Assembly (NCBI GenBank): GCA_965227295.1
Contig: OZ245742.1
Span: 2,016,001-2,080,000, forward strand
Length of the DNA: 64,000 nt
From: Leptonemataceae bacterium
Lineage (GTDB): Bacteria > Spirochaetota > Leptospiria > Leptospirales > Leptonemataceae
Direction: 5' to 3'
Shown here: positions 29,967 through 39,884 of the stretch, piece by piece
Numbering within the stretch: position 1 is the stretch's first letter
Layout of the letters: each line of letters starts with the position of its first letter
The notes under the pieces: generated by a model
What the model was told of the DNA's origin: nothing
Seen by the model: only the letters and a program-made list of their open reading frames with translations
Databases searched by the model: none
Translations under genes and position numbers: made by a program

Positions 29967-31745
29967 TCAGGCCGGTGGGGGGCCGTAGAGCGCGTCGATC
30001 AATCCATCGTAATCCGGTTCGTCGGGGCAGGCGTAAACCGCTTTTCCAAGGCGTCGCAATTCTTCGGCCGTCGTCGGGCCGAGAGCGCAGTAGCGCCAGC
30101 CCGTATCGTTTGTGTCGGGCGTCCATGCCGTGGCGAAGCTCTGCACCGCGGACGGACTGCCGAACAGCAGATAGGCCTCGCGCGGGAGCGCGTTCAGTGC
30201 GTCTTCTGACGGCGGAATGCTTTCTGTTCGGTACAGACTCAACTTCAGCGTGCCGACTCCGGCTTCAAACAGGATTTCATAAAACTCTTCACGCCCGCGT
30301 TCCGCCGCCACGGCCAGCACCCCGCCCAGTTCGCCGACATCGTCCGCGCTCAGCACGTGCGCCAGGCCCGCGCCGGTGCCGTCGTCACTGAAGAAATGCG
30401 GTTCGGCACCGAAGAAATCGCGGACGGCGGCGGCGGTGCGTTCGCCGACGACGCCCCATTCGACACCGGCAAAATCGTGGCCGGTTTCGTCGGCAAGATT
30501 GCGCAGGGCCCGCGCACCGGCGATGCTGAACAAGGCCAGCACACGTCGGCCGGGCGTGCCCGCGAGAAAGTTGTCCAGGTCTTTGCCGGCCCGTGGGTCC
30601 TCGTGGAACGAATCCACCGTGCGCAGCAGCGGCAGCGCCGTGAGCGGAAGCTCCGGACGACGCGCCAGGATCTCTGCAATGCGATCCTCTTTCCCCGTGA
30701 CGACCGCGGGCAACGTTCTCTGAATCTCGGTTGCGACGAAGCGTGCGAGATCCTCCGGAGTATGCGCGGCGCGGTGCAGATGAAAGGACGTCCCCCGGCG
30801 GTTGTCCTCGGCCTGGCGTCCGAGAAAGACGTACATGCGTGCTTCGGTTAAAGCGATGTTGCTAGAAGTTTGTGCCGATAGATTTATGATTTCGCAGCCG
30901 GCGCCCAGAGGTAGGTGGCAACCGCCCTCCAGGGCCGCCAGCAGGCCGCGCTCCGCCGTGAGGGCCGCCGCGGCCTGCGCGTCGTGCAATTGAGCGAGGA
31001 TGGAGCGCGTTGCTTGATCGTCTTCACGACACTGAACGGCCAGAGCACCCTGGGCCGGCGCCGGTGGAAAGAACTCCGGTTTAAGCGAAACGATGTCGAG
31101 TTGTTCCAGCATCGTACTGAGCCCGGGATCGTTCGCGAAGATTCCGGCTGCGATCAAACGATCGAGGCCCGCACGCGCGAGCAGGATCGCGTCCGGTCTT
31201 TCGGCATGATCTTCATCGAACAGCTTACGTATGCGAGTGGGTACGTTGCCGCGCAGTTCCACGCAGCGCACCTCCGGAAAACGAAACTCCACGAGGGCCC
31301 GTCGTCGCACCGACGAAGTGCCGATGCGTCCGCCCCCGGCGATGAACGGCGCTTCAGTGCGCACGCGCCGTTCTTTCGGAAACACCAGGACGTCCTCGAC
31401 GGCCACGCGCTGCGGTACCGCGCCGATGCAAAGACCCGCGGGCATCAGCGACGGCAGATCCTTGTACGAATGCACGGCCAGGTCGATGCGGCCGTCCAGC
31501 AACGCATCTTCCAGTTCCTTCGTGAACACGCCTTTGCGTTCGCTCGCCGTGGCGCCGGCGCTCGCCTCGCTTTCGCCGACCAGATGCAGTGGTACGTCTA
31601 ACACACGATCACCGCGAGTTTGGATGATGGTGATTTCCGTTTGCACGTCGCCGGGCAGTGACCCCAGGCGTTCGGCGACGTACCGGGATTGAGTCAGAGC
31701 CAGGTCTGAACCCCGGCTCCCGATGCGAATCAACCGGGAACTCAT
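29967..31745 (-). CDS. hemC: Fused hydroxymethylbilane synthase / uroporphyrinogen-III synthase (HemC-HemD)
   Basis: IGSRGSDLALTQ, FTKELE, AVHSYKD, GTSSVRR, RGNVPTR, LEGGCHLP; C-terminal HemD-like VGERTA, FGSPSAV, GPTTA. Confidence 0.92.
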   Translation of the reverse strand: MSSRLIRIGSRGSDLALTQSRYVAERLGSLPGDVQTEITIIQTRGDRVLDVPLHLVGESEASAGATASERKGVFTKELEDALLDGRIDLAVHSYKDLPSLMPAGLCIGAVPQRVAVEDVLVFPKERRVRTEAPFIAGGGRIGTSSVRRRALVEFRFPEVRCVELRGNVPTRIRKLFDEDHAERPDAILLARAGLDRLIAAGIFANDPGLSTMLEQLDIVSLKPEFFPPAPAQGALAVQCREDDQATRSILAQLHDAQAAAALTAERGLLAALEGGCHLPLGAGCEIINLSAQTSSNIALTEARMYVFLGRQAEDNRRGTSFHLHRAAHTPEDLARFVATEIQRTLPAVVTGKEDRIAEILARRPELPLTALPLLRTVDSFHEDPRAGKDLDNFLAGTPGRRVLALFSIAGARALRNLADETGHDFAGVEWGVVGERTAAAVRDFFGAEPHFFSDDGTGAGLAHVLSADDVGELGGVLAVAAERGREEFYEILFEAGVGTLKLSLYRTESIPPSEDALNALPREAYLLFGSPSAVQSFATAWTPDTNDTGWRYCALGPTTAEELRRLGKAVYACPDEPDYDGLIDALYGPPPA

Positions 31746-31755
31746 ACGTGATCGT

Positions 31756-33087
31756 TCAGGTCCCGGCGACTTCTTCGCGTCCGCCGTAGTAATGCCGGAG
31801 GATGTCTTCCAGGCCGCGGCGATGCAGGCGATTGAGGTCACGGTTGGCGCGAATGGCCCAGTCGTAGAGTACCCGTCGGTCGCGGGCGCTGAGATGGGCC
31901 AGGCGTTCGGCCAGCAGATCGTCGAGATGGCGGCGGGACTTGTTGCGGACCTCGCGTTGCAGGCGGGTCATGACCGGGGCGGAGAGCCCGGTGATGAGCG
32001 CCGCGTCCAGGCGAAAGACGGCGTCCTGGATGTACTCTTCGGCCTGGGCAGCGGCGAGTTCGCGGCGGCGGCGGTTTTCGTCCAGTTCCCGGCGCATGCT
32101 GTCCATGTGGACGACTTCGAGCCCGGGGAGGGCGTCGCAGTCCGGGTGCACGTCTCGGGGTAGGGCCATGTCCACAACCACAAACTTACGCTCCTTAGAA
32201 TCTTGCAAAGATGACTCAGTATCGCGGTGCCGTTGCAGGCGGCGCATGAGCGCGGGGCTGAGGAACGCGTCTTCCCGGGACGTGGCCGTCACCAGGCCGT
32301 CCACCGGGCCGGCCACCTCGGGGTGCTGCATAAAGTCTTCGAACGAAACCGTGGCCGCGCCCAGGCTGTCGGCCGTCTCCGCAATCTTTTCGACGCTGCG
32401 GTTGATCATGACGATTTCGGCGCCGGTCTTCGCCAGATAACGAGCGGACTGCCGACTCATGGGGCCCGAGCCGATCACGGCGATGCGGGCCGGGACTTCG
32501 TCGGAATCGGAGCGGCGGCGTCGGTCCAGGCCGAGGCGGGATACGAGCTTGCCCGTGGCCAGGCTCGCCACGGACAGCGGCAGGTGATTCAGAGGCAGCC
32601 CGGCGCGGATTTGTCGCGACTCCCGGAAGACGTACTGGAACATGAGACGCAGGCGTTTGTCCAGGACCACCGCGGACTCCAGGGCGTCTTTGAGCTGGGC
32701 GCGGATTTCCGTTTCGCCCAGGATCAGAGATTCCAGGCCGGCGGCGAGGCGCAGGAGATGGCGCAGGGCGGCGTTGCCGTGCAGAAAGGCCGGCCGCAGA
32801 CCGCTGCGGAGTTCGGGCATGAGGTCCACCAATTCCACGGCCAGGTTGCCGTGCTGGTGTTCGTCACTGAGGCTGTAGATGATTTCGACGCGATTGCAGG
32901 TGGACAGGTAGACGAAACCCTCGATCGCCGCGGGGGCCGCCGGAGCATTCGAGGCCTCGGTATTCGGACCGAGGCGTTCTTCCAGCTTTGCATGCAGGTG
33001 GTGAGGATCGATGTTTTTCCACGGCACCACGCCGGACAAATCGCCGGCCTCTTCGAAACTCAGAATGACGCAACCAATCCCTTCCAT
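31756..33087 (-). CDS. hemA: Glutamyl-tRNA reductase
   Basis: LSTCNRVE, GLESLILGETEI..Q, SVAS, GSGPM, VDMALPRDV; start set at MEGIG, downstream of the regulatory box. Confidence 0.93.
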   Translation of the reverse strand: MEGIGCVILSFEEAGDLSGVVPWKNIDPHHLHAKLEERLGPNTEASNAPAAPAAIEGFVYLSTCNRVEIIYSLSDEHQHGNLAVELVDLMPELRSGLRPAFLHGNAALRHLLRLAAGLESLILGETEIRAQLKDALESAVVLDKRLRLMFQYVFRESRQIRAGLPLNHLPLSVASLATGKLVSRLGLDRRRRSDSDEVPARIAVIGSGPMSRQSARYLAKTGAEIVMINRSVEKIAETADSLGAATVSFEDFMQHPEVAGPVDGLVTATSREDAFLSPALMRRLQRHRDTESSLQDSKERKFVVVDMALPRDVHPDCDALPGLEVVHMDSMRRELDENRRRRELAAAQAEEYIQDAVFRLDAALITGLSAPVMTRLQREVRNKSRRHLDDLLAERLAHLSARDRRVLYDWAIRANRDLNRLHRRGLEDILRHYYGGREEVAGT

Positions 33088-33129
33088 ACAATTGTTCCAG
33101 TGTATTTGATCATATACGAAGGCGGAAGA

Positions 33130-33145
33130 TGTCAGGAAGTTGTCA
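33130..33145 (-). promoter_or_regulatory. HemR/PhoB-type direct-repeat box TGACA-N6-TGACA upstream of hemA
   Basis: tgtca ggaagt tgtca on + strand; 11-bp period typical of OmpR/PhoB sites and matches the motif I recall for leptospiral HemR. Confidence 0.8.
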
Positions 33146-33168
33146 ACCAGGCCGGCCATCGTTCAAAA

Positions 33169-33183
33169 TGAGAATCAGTCTCA
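33169..33183. promoter_or_regulatory. Fur-family-like 7-1-7 inverted repeat
   Basis: TGAGAAT-C-AGTCTCA (one mismatch) between divergent hemA and the DMT gene. Confidence 0.55.
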
Positions 33184-33225
33184 GTATATCAATGCGGCCG
33201 AATCTGACCAGGGGGAAACACGCAG

Positions 33226-34119
33226 GTGTGGCGGCGTTATCGGGCTGAGTTTTATCTGCTGCTCTGCACGCTCCTGTGGGGCGGGACCTTCATTGCGATT
33301 AAGCTGGCGTTGGCGGAGTCGCCGCCGCTCCTGTTGGTGGGCCTGCGCTTCGGCATTGCCGCGGTGATCTTCGGTGTCGTCTTCTTTCGTGACATCGTTC
33401 GCGCGAGCCGCATGCAGGTCTACCAGGGATTGTTGCTCGGGATCTTCGTCTTCGGCGGTTTTGGCTTTCAAACCCTCGGCCTCGAGTACACGACGGTGGC
33501 GCGCTCCGCCTTTCTAACGCAACTGCTCGTGGTGTTCACGCCGTTCCTGCAACTCGCCCTCTTTCGTCGCCGCCCGGCGACGGCCACGCTGCTCGGCATC
33601 GCCCTGGTTGTTGCGGGCATGTACTTTCTGACGTCGCCCCGGGGGCGGCTGAACCTCAACTACGGCGACTTGCTTACGCTCCTGTGCGCGATCAGTTACA
33701 GCTTTTACGTGATCTACGTGGATCGTTACGGCGGGGCCGCGAGTGCCGGGGTCTTAAGTTTCTTTCAGACGATGTTTATGGCCCTGATCTCGCTCTCGCT
33801 ATCTTTGCTGATGGAACAGCCTTACGCCGACCGTCTCGCTCCGGGATCCGCGCTCATCGGCGGCCTTGCGTACCTGGCGTTGCTGGCCACGAACCTCGTG
33901 GTCTACTGGCAGATGCGCTGGCAGCCGGAGACCACCCCCGCCCGGGCCGCGGTGATCTTCGCCATGGAACCGGTCTTCGCCGCGTTGTTTGCGTTGTGGA
34001 TTTTCGCCGACCCGCTGACCGGCCGCAGCTTAATCGGCGCCGCGCTGATCTTAGGCGGTATGCTCGTCAGTGAACTGGGGCCGCTGTGGCGCCGGGCATC
34101 CGAAGACGTTCCGAAGTAG
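33226..34119 (+). CDS. DMT/EamA family transporter
   Basis: LWGGTF, LRF, QTLGLEYTT..RSAFLT, GDLLTL, IFAMEPVFA; about 10 TM helices. Confidence 0.92.
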   Translation: MWRRYRAEFYLLLCTLLWGGTFIAIKLALAESPPLLLVGLRFGIAAVIFGVVFFRDIVRASRMQVYQGLLLGIFVFGGFGFQTLGLEYTTVARSAFLTQLLVVFTPFLQLALFRRRPATATLLGIALVVAGMYFLTSPRGRLNLNYGDLLTLLCAISYSFYVIYVDRYGGAASAGVLSFFQTMFMALISLSLSLLMEQPYADRLAPGSALIGGLAYLALLATNLVVYWQMRWQPETTPARAAVIFAMEPVFAALFALWIFADPLTGRSLIGAALILGGMLVSELGPLWRRASEDVPK

Positions 34120-34143
34120 AAGCGCCGCGGTTCGTGGCGCCGA

Positions 34144-34530
34144 TTACTCCGGATTGACCGGACGATCCGCGAGTGCCGCCACGTCGGCGAACCAGACGTC
34201 GAGAGACTCGTAGCGTTTCAGCGGCTGCGTGCCTTCGAGCAGGACGTAGACCGGGCCCTCGGCCCCGCTGTCGCCCATGTTGAAGGCGAAGCGATCGTCG
34301 TTCCAGCGAGCGAAGACCAGAAAGCCTGGAAACGCGGCGAGGATTTCCGGCGCTTCGAAGTAGAAGTTCGCGATGTCGTAGTTGCCCTGGAGGACGACGG
34401 TTCGATACGAAGGGGGGAACTGAAAGCGTAGCTGTTTTTCCCAGTCGCTCACCTGAGCCTCGGTGAACGTGGGCTCGGAACCGAAGCGGTCGTGTTGTTT
34501 CAGAAATGCGATCGTATTCTCTACGCTCAT
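34144..34530 (-). CDS. SMI1/KNR4 (SUKH) family protein
   Basis: TEAQV..WEKQL.FQFPPSYR, D.FAF, PVY, SL..WF pattern. Confidence 0.75.
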   Translation of the reverse strand: MSVENTIAFLKQHDRFGSEPTFTEAQVSDWEKQLRFQFPPSYRTVVLQGNYDIANFYFEAPEILAAFPGFLVFARWNDDRFAFNMGDSGAEGPVYVLLEGTQPLKRYESLDVWFADVAALADRPVNPE

Positions 34531-34551
34531 AATGATGAAAAATTGCTCCGA

Positions 34552-35628
34552 TTAATTCGCGGTCAAGAGGATTTGCCCGCCGCCCCTGGAAACGTTCGGT
34601 CCGTCCACGCGAACGGCCCGGCGCCCGCGCAGCAGTCCGAGGCTTTCTTCGAAATGGCCGGCATCCTCGCGCCGGCCGCGGAGGCGCAGCAGTTCCGCGG
34701 CCCCGCGGTTCAGTAAAAGGAAATCACCGGGCCGGGGCCGGCCGCGGCGTTGCCCGCTCTCTGCGTCCGACAGCACCAGTTGCGGTCGCACGGCGACGGC
34801 CTGGTCGTGGGTGGCGGCGTCACGCTCTGCATCCCACATGGCGTCCAGGAGATGGTACAGCTCGCCCGGGGCCAGTTCGTCCCGGCACGGGTCGTAGAGC
34901 ACGTAGTTGCCGCGAGCGAAGTGGAGAGCGCTGCGTACCGCGCGGCCGGGACCGAAGCCGGTGTAGTGTTCGATGATGCTGAGCGCGCTGTCCGGGCGCA
35001 GGTCCCGTAACTCTTCCTGCGCGAATGTTTGCAAAGATCCGGCGAAGCCGTCGTCGACGAGGACGATCTCAGCCGTGCTCGCCAGGCCGCGTTGCGTGAG
35101 AAAGTCCCGGTAGTACGGGAGCCTGGCCGTGATCTGCGCCGGGTCTGCTGCGACCGGCAGAATGCTCAGGGTTCGGCGTTCGCGTTCCCGGGCCAGCACC
35201 GGCGGCGGCTTTTCCAGGGCGGCCAGGGCCGGCGGGCCGGCAAGGGACTTCAGCTCACGGGCGAAGCCGGACGGGCTGCCGGCGTAACGGATCGTGAGCC
35301 CGGTGCCGGCGGCGACCTGCTCCAGCTCGCGGCGAAACGATCGACTGCTCTCGAATTCCAGAAGAGCGATGCCGCCGGCTTCGAGTTTGCCAAAGAGTTC
35401 GATGTAGTCCCGGGGCCGGGCCGGCAGTTCGCTCGCGGCGACATACAGGGCGTCGAGGCTCAGGGCTCCAGCCTCGTGCAGGTGAAGATAGTCGATGCGG
35501 TCGGCCGCGGGAAGCTGCTCGGGCCGCGAGACCCGGGCTGCTGCCGACGTCGACAGTCCGGCGCGTCGGGACCAGGCGGGCATGCCGGCGGCCAGCGCCC
35601 GGGCGATGAATTCCGTTCCGGCACTCAC
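34552..35628 (-). CDS. Hypothetical protein with degenerate GT2-like C-terminal domain
   Basis: LSILP, EIVLVDDG, GPGRAVRSAL..ARG.YVL; GTG start overlaps the cytochrome c stop. Confidence 0.55.
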   Translation of the reverse strand: MSAGTEFIARALAAGMPAWSRRAGLSTSAAARVSRPEQLPAADRIDYLHLHEAGALSLDALYVAASELPARPRDYIELFGKLEAGGIALLEFESSRSFRRELEQVAAGTGLTIRYAGSPSGFARELKSLAGPPALAALEKPPPVLARERERRTLSILPVAADPAQITARLPYYRDFLTQRGLASTAEIVLVDDGFAGSLQTFAQEELRDLRPDSALSIIEHYTGFGPGRAVRSALHFARGNYVLYDPCRDELAPGELYHLLDAMWDAERDAATHDQAVAVRPQLVLSDAESGQRRGRPRPGDFLLLNRGAAELLRLRGRREDAGHFEESLGLLRGRRAVRVDGPNVSRGGGQILLTAN

Positions 35629-36101
35629 CGCGTTGTGTTGCTCTGTGGCCTCGCGTCGGCGGGCAGTGGTTGCTGTCGGAGATGGACGACATAACGCCCC
35701 ACGAGCCGACGTTCCTCCGCGGACATTTGCGGATAGGCGTTCATGAGCGTGCCGGGAATGCCGCTTTGCAGCGTGGCCGCGATGGCCTCCGCGCTCGTGC
35801 CGCGCCGGTAGGTATTCAATGCACGAAAGTTGCGCGGCGGTGGTTGGACTCCGGCGCTGGCCGGACCGTCGCCGCCGCCGAGATCGCCGTGGCAGGCCCG
35901 GCATCCGTAGGCCAGATAGAGTTCCCGACCGCGCTGGATGGCCGCCGCGTCCGTGTCTTCGTTGCCGGCCGTTTTTCCGGCGGTCCGGGCCTCAAATTCC
36001 GCGACGGCGGCCGGATCCTGCGGGGCCGGGAGTTGTGGAATGTCCGCGCCGCAAGCAGTGGCGGACATTATGAGCAGTATTACGAATGAAAGTCGATGCA
36101 T
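35625..36101 (-). CDS. Monoheme c-type cytochrome lipoprotein
   Basis: ATAC lipobox; GRELY...CRACHG..G.GDGP, PPPRNF, GIPGTLM. Confidence 0.9.
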   Translation of the reverse strand: MHRLSFVILLIMSATACGADIPQLPAPQDPAAVAEFEARTAGKTAGNEDTDAAAIQRGRELYLAYGCRACHGDLGGGDGPASAGVQPPPRNFRALNTYRRGTSAEAIAATLQSGIPGTLMNAYPQMSAEERRLVGRYVVHLRQQPLPADARPQSNTTR

Positions 36102-36263
36102 GGATTGTGGATCGTTGGTTATGTCAGCAGGCAATCCGGCTGAGAACACAAGAAAAATGAAATTTTCCGGGGAAAAATCGTCGAAAAGAGAGTAGGATCC
36201 CCGTTTTATAGTAGAACATCCGCTTTGAATGGGGTACATGGATACATCCGTCTGTACATTCTT

Positions 36264-37418
36264 ATGCCGGTATCACGGAAACATTCATTTTTTAACTCCA
36301 CGCGGGGTTTCATCGTCGGAGCGTTGCTGTTTGGTCTGCTCACGACGGGGCTGAGCGCGGAACTCATTCAACTCAAGAACGGTGACTATATTCAGGGACG
36401 CATCGTGTCTCAGGATCAGCAGCGTGTCGTCATGAAAACCGACGCCGGCCAGCGGGTAATTCTGAAGTCGAGAATCCGCCGCATCGTCTACGATAAAGGC
36501 ATGGAAGCGCGGTTGATCGCCGCGAAGAAAGCCGAAGAAGAGGCGCAGCGCGAAGCCGAGCGGCGCAAGCGCGAAGAAGAACTGCGCCGGCAAAAAGAAG
36601 CGGAGCTCGCCGCGCTGGAAGAAGAACGCCAGCGCAAAGAAGCCGAAGAGCGGCGCCTGCGCGAAGAGCGCGAACGCATTGCCAACGAACGCCGCGCCCG
36701 GGCCGCTCGCGCGCGGTACGCCTACGTCGTCGCAGAGTACAATCGTCGCAAGGCGGCCTACGAGCAGCAGCTCGCCGAAGAAGAGCGCCGCAAGAAAGAG
36801 CAAGAAAAAGAAGTCGTTCAAAAAGAAGAGGATGCCACAAAGACCGAGGTCGATCGCTGGGGGCCGTTCTGGCGCTCCATGTTGATCCCGGGCTGGGGAC
36901 AGATGTACGCCGGGCAAACGGGAATCGGCGTGGCCTTCACCGGGGCCTTTGCTCTGACCGCCTACAACTCCTACGCGGCCCGCGGCATTGCCGTGGGTGC
37001 GGGCAACGAGTACACCAGCTTTACGGATACCACGTTTCTTACGCCGCTTCTGCCGGGCGCCGGTGCTCCCGTCGCCGCCTACGTCTACTTTGAGACCGAT
37101 CGTCTGGCACGGACTTACGAGAATCGCGTGGCCGGTTATACGCAGAGCCTCTACTTTCTGGGCGGCGTTTACATCGTGCAGCTCCTGCACGCCGCTCTGC
37201 TAAGCAAAGAGATTACTACCGCAAGTTTACTCGAAGATACCGGCGACGAAAACGGCGGCTTTGAATTGATCATGGATCAGCCGCGGACGCTTACGCCGCT
37301 GTACAGCAGCGCGCTTCCGAACTCCGCCGGTTTTTCCACGCCGTCCGCGTTTGTCGAAGAAGAACTCCGCACCACGCCCGCGGATCGCATCGGCGTGCGT
37401 TATTCCATTCACTTTTAA
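36264..37418 (+). CDS. Exported protein (LA_0442/LA_0875-like N-terminus, coiled coil, RS.LIPGWGQ membrane domain)
   Basis: I.LKNG..I.G.IV.Q...V.K..I.RI.Y N-terminal pattern; E/R/K-rich coil; WRSMLIPGWGQ. Confidence 0.7.
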   Translation: MPVSRKHSFFNSTRGFIVGALLFGLLTTGLSAELIQLKNGDYIQGRIVSQDQQRVVMKTDAGQRVILKSRIRRIVYDKGMEARLIAAKKAEEEAQREAERRKREEELRRQKEAELAALEEERQRKEAEERRLREERERIANERRARAARARYAYVVAEYNRRKAAYEQQLAEEERRKKEQEKEVVQKEEDATKTEVDRWGPFWRSMLIPGWGQMYAGQTGIGVAFTGAFALTAYNSYAARGIAVGAGNEYTSFTDTTFLTPLLPGAGAPVAAYVYFETDRLARTYENRVAGYTQSLYFLGGVYIVQLLHAALLSKEITTASLLEDTGDENGGFELIMDQPRTLTPLYSSALPNSAGFSTPSAFVEEELRTTPADRIGVRYSIHF

Positions 37419-38210
37419 ATGAACCAGCCGACTCGTTTCGGCGCCGTGAGCGCCTTTGTCTTTGCAGCCTGCGTCACGTTCTGTAATCCCGGGGCAGAGC
37501 CGATCACCCCGGCCGAACGGGCGGCACTGTACGGCAACGTCTCGCCGGAAGCCTACCTGCTGGGCGATTTTTCTCCAGAGCAACATAAGGCCTTCGTGCG
37601 CCTCGACCGCCACGGCGTTCCCGTGTACGAGGGCCGGGCCATCTACCTGCGTCGCGAAGCCGCGGACGCGCTCAAGAAGATGCATGCGGCCTTTCGTAAG
37701 GAGCACGCTGAGATTCCGTTTTCGGTTCGCAGCGGGACGCGCAACTTCCGGGCGCAACAGGGCATCTGGGAAGGCAAGTGGAACGGGGAGCGCCGCGTCG
37801 ACGGCGGTCGTTTGAACGAGACCATTCCTGATCCCATGCAACGAGCGCTGAAGATCCTGGAGTTTTCGTCGATGCCCGGTACCTCTCGCCATCATTGGGG
37901 CAGCGACTTCGATTTTCACAATCTTACGAACGCCTACTATCAGAGCGGTGACGGCAAGGTTTTGTATGATTGGCTGCGCGCGAACGCCGCGCGCTTCGGT
38001 TTTTGTCAGCCGTACATCGCCGGGCGGACGTCCGGCTACTTCGAAGAACGCTGGCACTGGTCCTACCGGCCCCTGGCCTCGAAGTTCTTGCGCGAATGGA
38101 AGGAACGGCTCACCGAGAAGTACCCGGCCGGGCGCAGCTTCGACGGCTCCGGTACCGCCGCGCGACTCGCGCGCATTTACGTGGAAAGCATCGACCCCGC
38201 CTGCGAATAA
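37419..38210 (+). CDS. M15 family D,D-carboxypeptidase (VanY-like)
   Basis: SGTRNF..Q, SSMPGTSRHHWGSDFD, WL..NA.RFGF, EERWHWSY. Confidence 0.9.
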   Translation: MNQPTRFGAVSAFVFAACVTFCNPGAEPITPAERAALYGNVSPEAYLLGDFSPEQHKAFVRLDRHGVPVYEGRAIYLRREAADALKKMHAAFRKEHAEIPFSVRSGTRNFRAQQGIWEGKWNGERRVDGGRLNETIPDPMQRALKILEFSSMPGTSRHHWGSDFDFHNLTNAYYQSGDGKVLYDWLRANAARFGFCQPYIAGRTSGYFEERWHWSYRPLASKFLREWKERLTEKYPAGRSFDGSGTAARLARIYVESIDPACE

Positions 38211-38271
38211 GGAGTTGCGGGCAGGCTGATTTGCGTCTACTAAAAGTTAGTGGGCGTAAGTTTGACGGCGT

Positions 38272-38490
38272 TTAGTCGTCCACGAAGAAGGCCGCCGGCT
38301 TGCACTGGAAGACCTCGCAGAGGGCGCAGATCAACCGGTGGGAGGCGTTGTCCGCGCGTTCCAGTTGCTCCACACGCTGATGCGTGAAGCCGCTGAAGTG
38401 GCCGGTGCCGGCGATGTATTCGGCCAGGTCTCTTTGCGTCCAGCGACGTTCTTCGCGCATGCGGCGGATCCTGTCACTATCGAAACGCAT
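38272..38490 (-). CDS. Small XRE-family HTH protein
   Basis: RIRRMREERRWTQRDLA...V.QLE....L.EVF. Confidence 0.75.
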   Translation of the reverse strand: MRFDSDRIRRMREERRWTQRDLAEYIAGTGHFSGFTHQRVEQLERADNASHRLICALCEVFQCKPAAFFVDD

Positions 38491-38569
38491 GTGGTGAATG
38501 CCCGGGCGAAGCAGTCGAACCCTGATCGCGGCGGAGGCGATGTCAACGGAAATTTTTCTTTACAGGCGT

Positions 38570-39760
38570 TCAGCGACGCCGGTGCCACGCGGTCCCGGTG
38601 AAGTACCACCAGATCTTGCCGGCGGTGCCGATATCGGGGGCCGGAGTGCAATACGGCAGGCGGTCCAGCCCCGATTGGCCGGCGTTTACGTGGCCGCCGT
38701 CCCAGAGTTGGTCGCAGCCGTGTTCGGCCAGCGTGCGCCCGACCTTGCGCCGCGCGCTTTCCGGGAGCATCTCGAAGTGATCCTGTAAAACTTTACGGCA
38801 CCACACCCGGTACTCGACAACCGGTAACTTTCGGTAGGTAACATCTTCTATGGTGAGGTCAAAGCGTTTCTTACCGGCGGCGTGGGCCTTCGCGTTGGCG
38901 CTGAGGTACGGAAGATAGGTGCGGCCCATGTGCGTAAGCAGCGCGCCCCAGCCGTAGGGCAGGCGGCCGGGCTTTGCATTCCAGCGTTTGTTTTTGTGCG
39001 CCGATGCGCGCGCGTCCCACATGCGTGCGACCCAGGCATAGACCGCCGGCGCCTGTTCGCGCATGATGCGCCCGGGCGTGGGATCGATGCTGAAGTGGCG
39101 GAACATGGATGCGAAGAATCCGAAGTCCGCGAGACACGGCCGTTCCCCCATGAGATAGTCGTTGTTCTGGAGAATCGTTTCCAGGCGCGCCAGCGTGCCG
39201 AGGTACTGGTCTTCGACGTGTTCGCGGGTATCGCGACTTACGCCGTCGCCGCGGACATAGGTGGCCTTTTGCCGGCTCGTGAGATACCAGCGTGTCAGGG
39301 TGCGCGTGCCCGGCGGATGAAAGATGAAGTCTTCCATGAAACGCCGGCCGTAGAGTTGCCGATCCTTCTTGAACGACCAGCGATAGTGCAGGGCCGGGCG
39401 CCACATCCATTCGTCGGCGTAGTCTTCGATCAGGCGGCAGAAGAAGGCATGGTAGGCGTCTTTCGGCAACACCGCCCCCGCGGGATAGCGCGGTTCGAAG
39501 TACTCGGTGATCATGGGCGTGGTGTCCCGCAGCCACTCGCCGTCGGAGGTCTCTACGACCGGCACCTGCATGAGTCCGGTGTGCGGCAGAATTTCGCCGG
39601 CCATCATCTTCCAGGTGATGTGTCGATTTTCGTGAGGGATTTCTTTGTAGCGTAAGTACGCCTGCATCTTCCCGCTGAAGTACGAGATGTCCATGTAGTA
39701 GAGGCGATACGGTTCGGCGCCGCTGTTGTCGACTTTCCGTTTGCGTCCCGGAAGATGCAT
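38570..39760 (-). CDS. Glutathione S-transferase family protein
   Basis: SYFSGK..AYLRYK.IP, QVPVV, DTTPMI, EDYADEW, YLMG.RP.LADF; start at MHLPG (ORF-track extension runs into the repeat array). Confidence 0.88.
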   Translation of the reverse strand: MHLPGRKRKVDNSGAEPYRLYYMDISYFSGKMQAYLRYKEIPHENRHITWKMMAGEILPHTGLMQVPVVETSDGEWLRDTTPMITEYFEPRYPAGAVLPKDAYHAFFCRLIEDYADEWMWRPALHYRWSFKKDRQLYGRRFMEDFIFHPPGTRTLTRWYLTSRQKATYVRGDGVSRDTREHVEDQYLGTLARLETILQNNDYLMGERPCLADFGFFASMFRHFSIDPTPGRIMREQAPAVYAWVARMWDARASAHKNKRWNAKPGRLPYGWGALLTHMGRTYLPYLSANAKAHAAGKKRFDLTIEDVTYRKLPVVEYRVWCRKVLQDHFEMLPESARRKVGRTLAEHGCDQLWDGGHVNAGQSGLDRLPYCTPAPDIGTAGKIWWYFTGTAWHRRR

Positions 39761-39884
39761 GCCTGCGATTTTTTGCAAGGCCGCGTGCGTGGCCAGTGAA
39801 ATTCGGCACGGTTCGAAACCCCGCTCCGGAAACGGAGTCGCAAACCGACGTCCGGGTCGAACGCAGCATGCTTTGCAGTACGAA

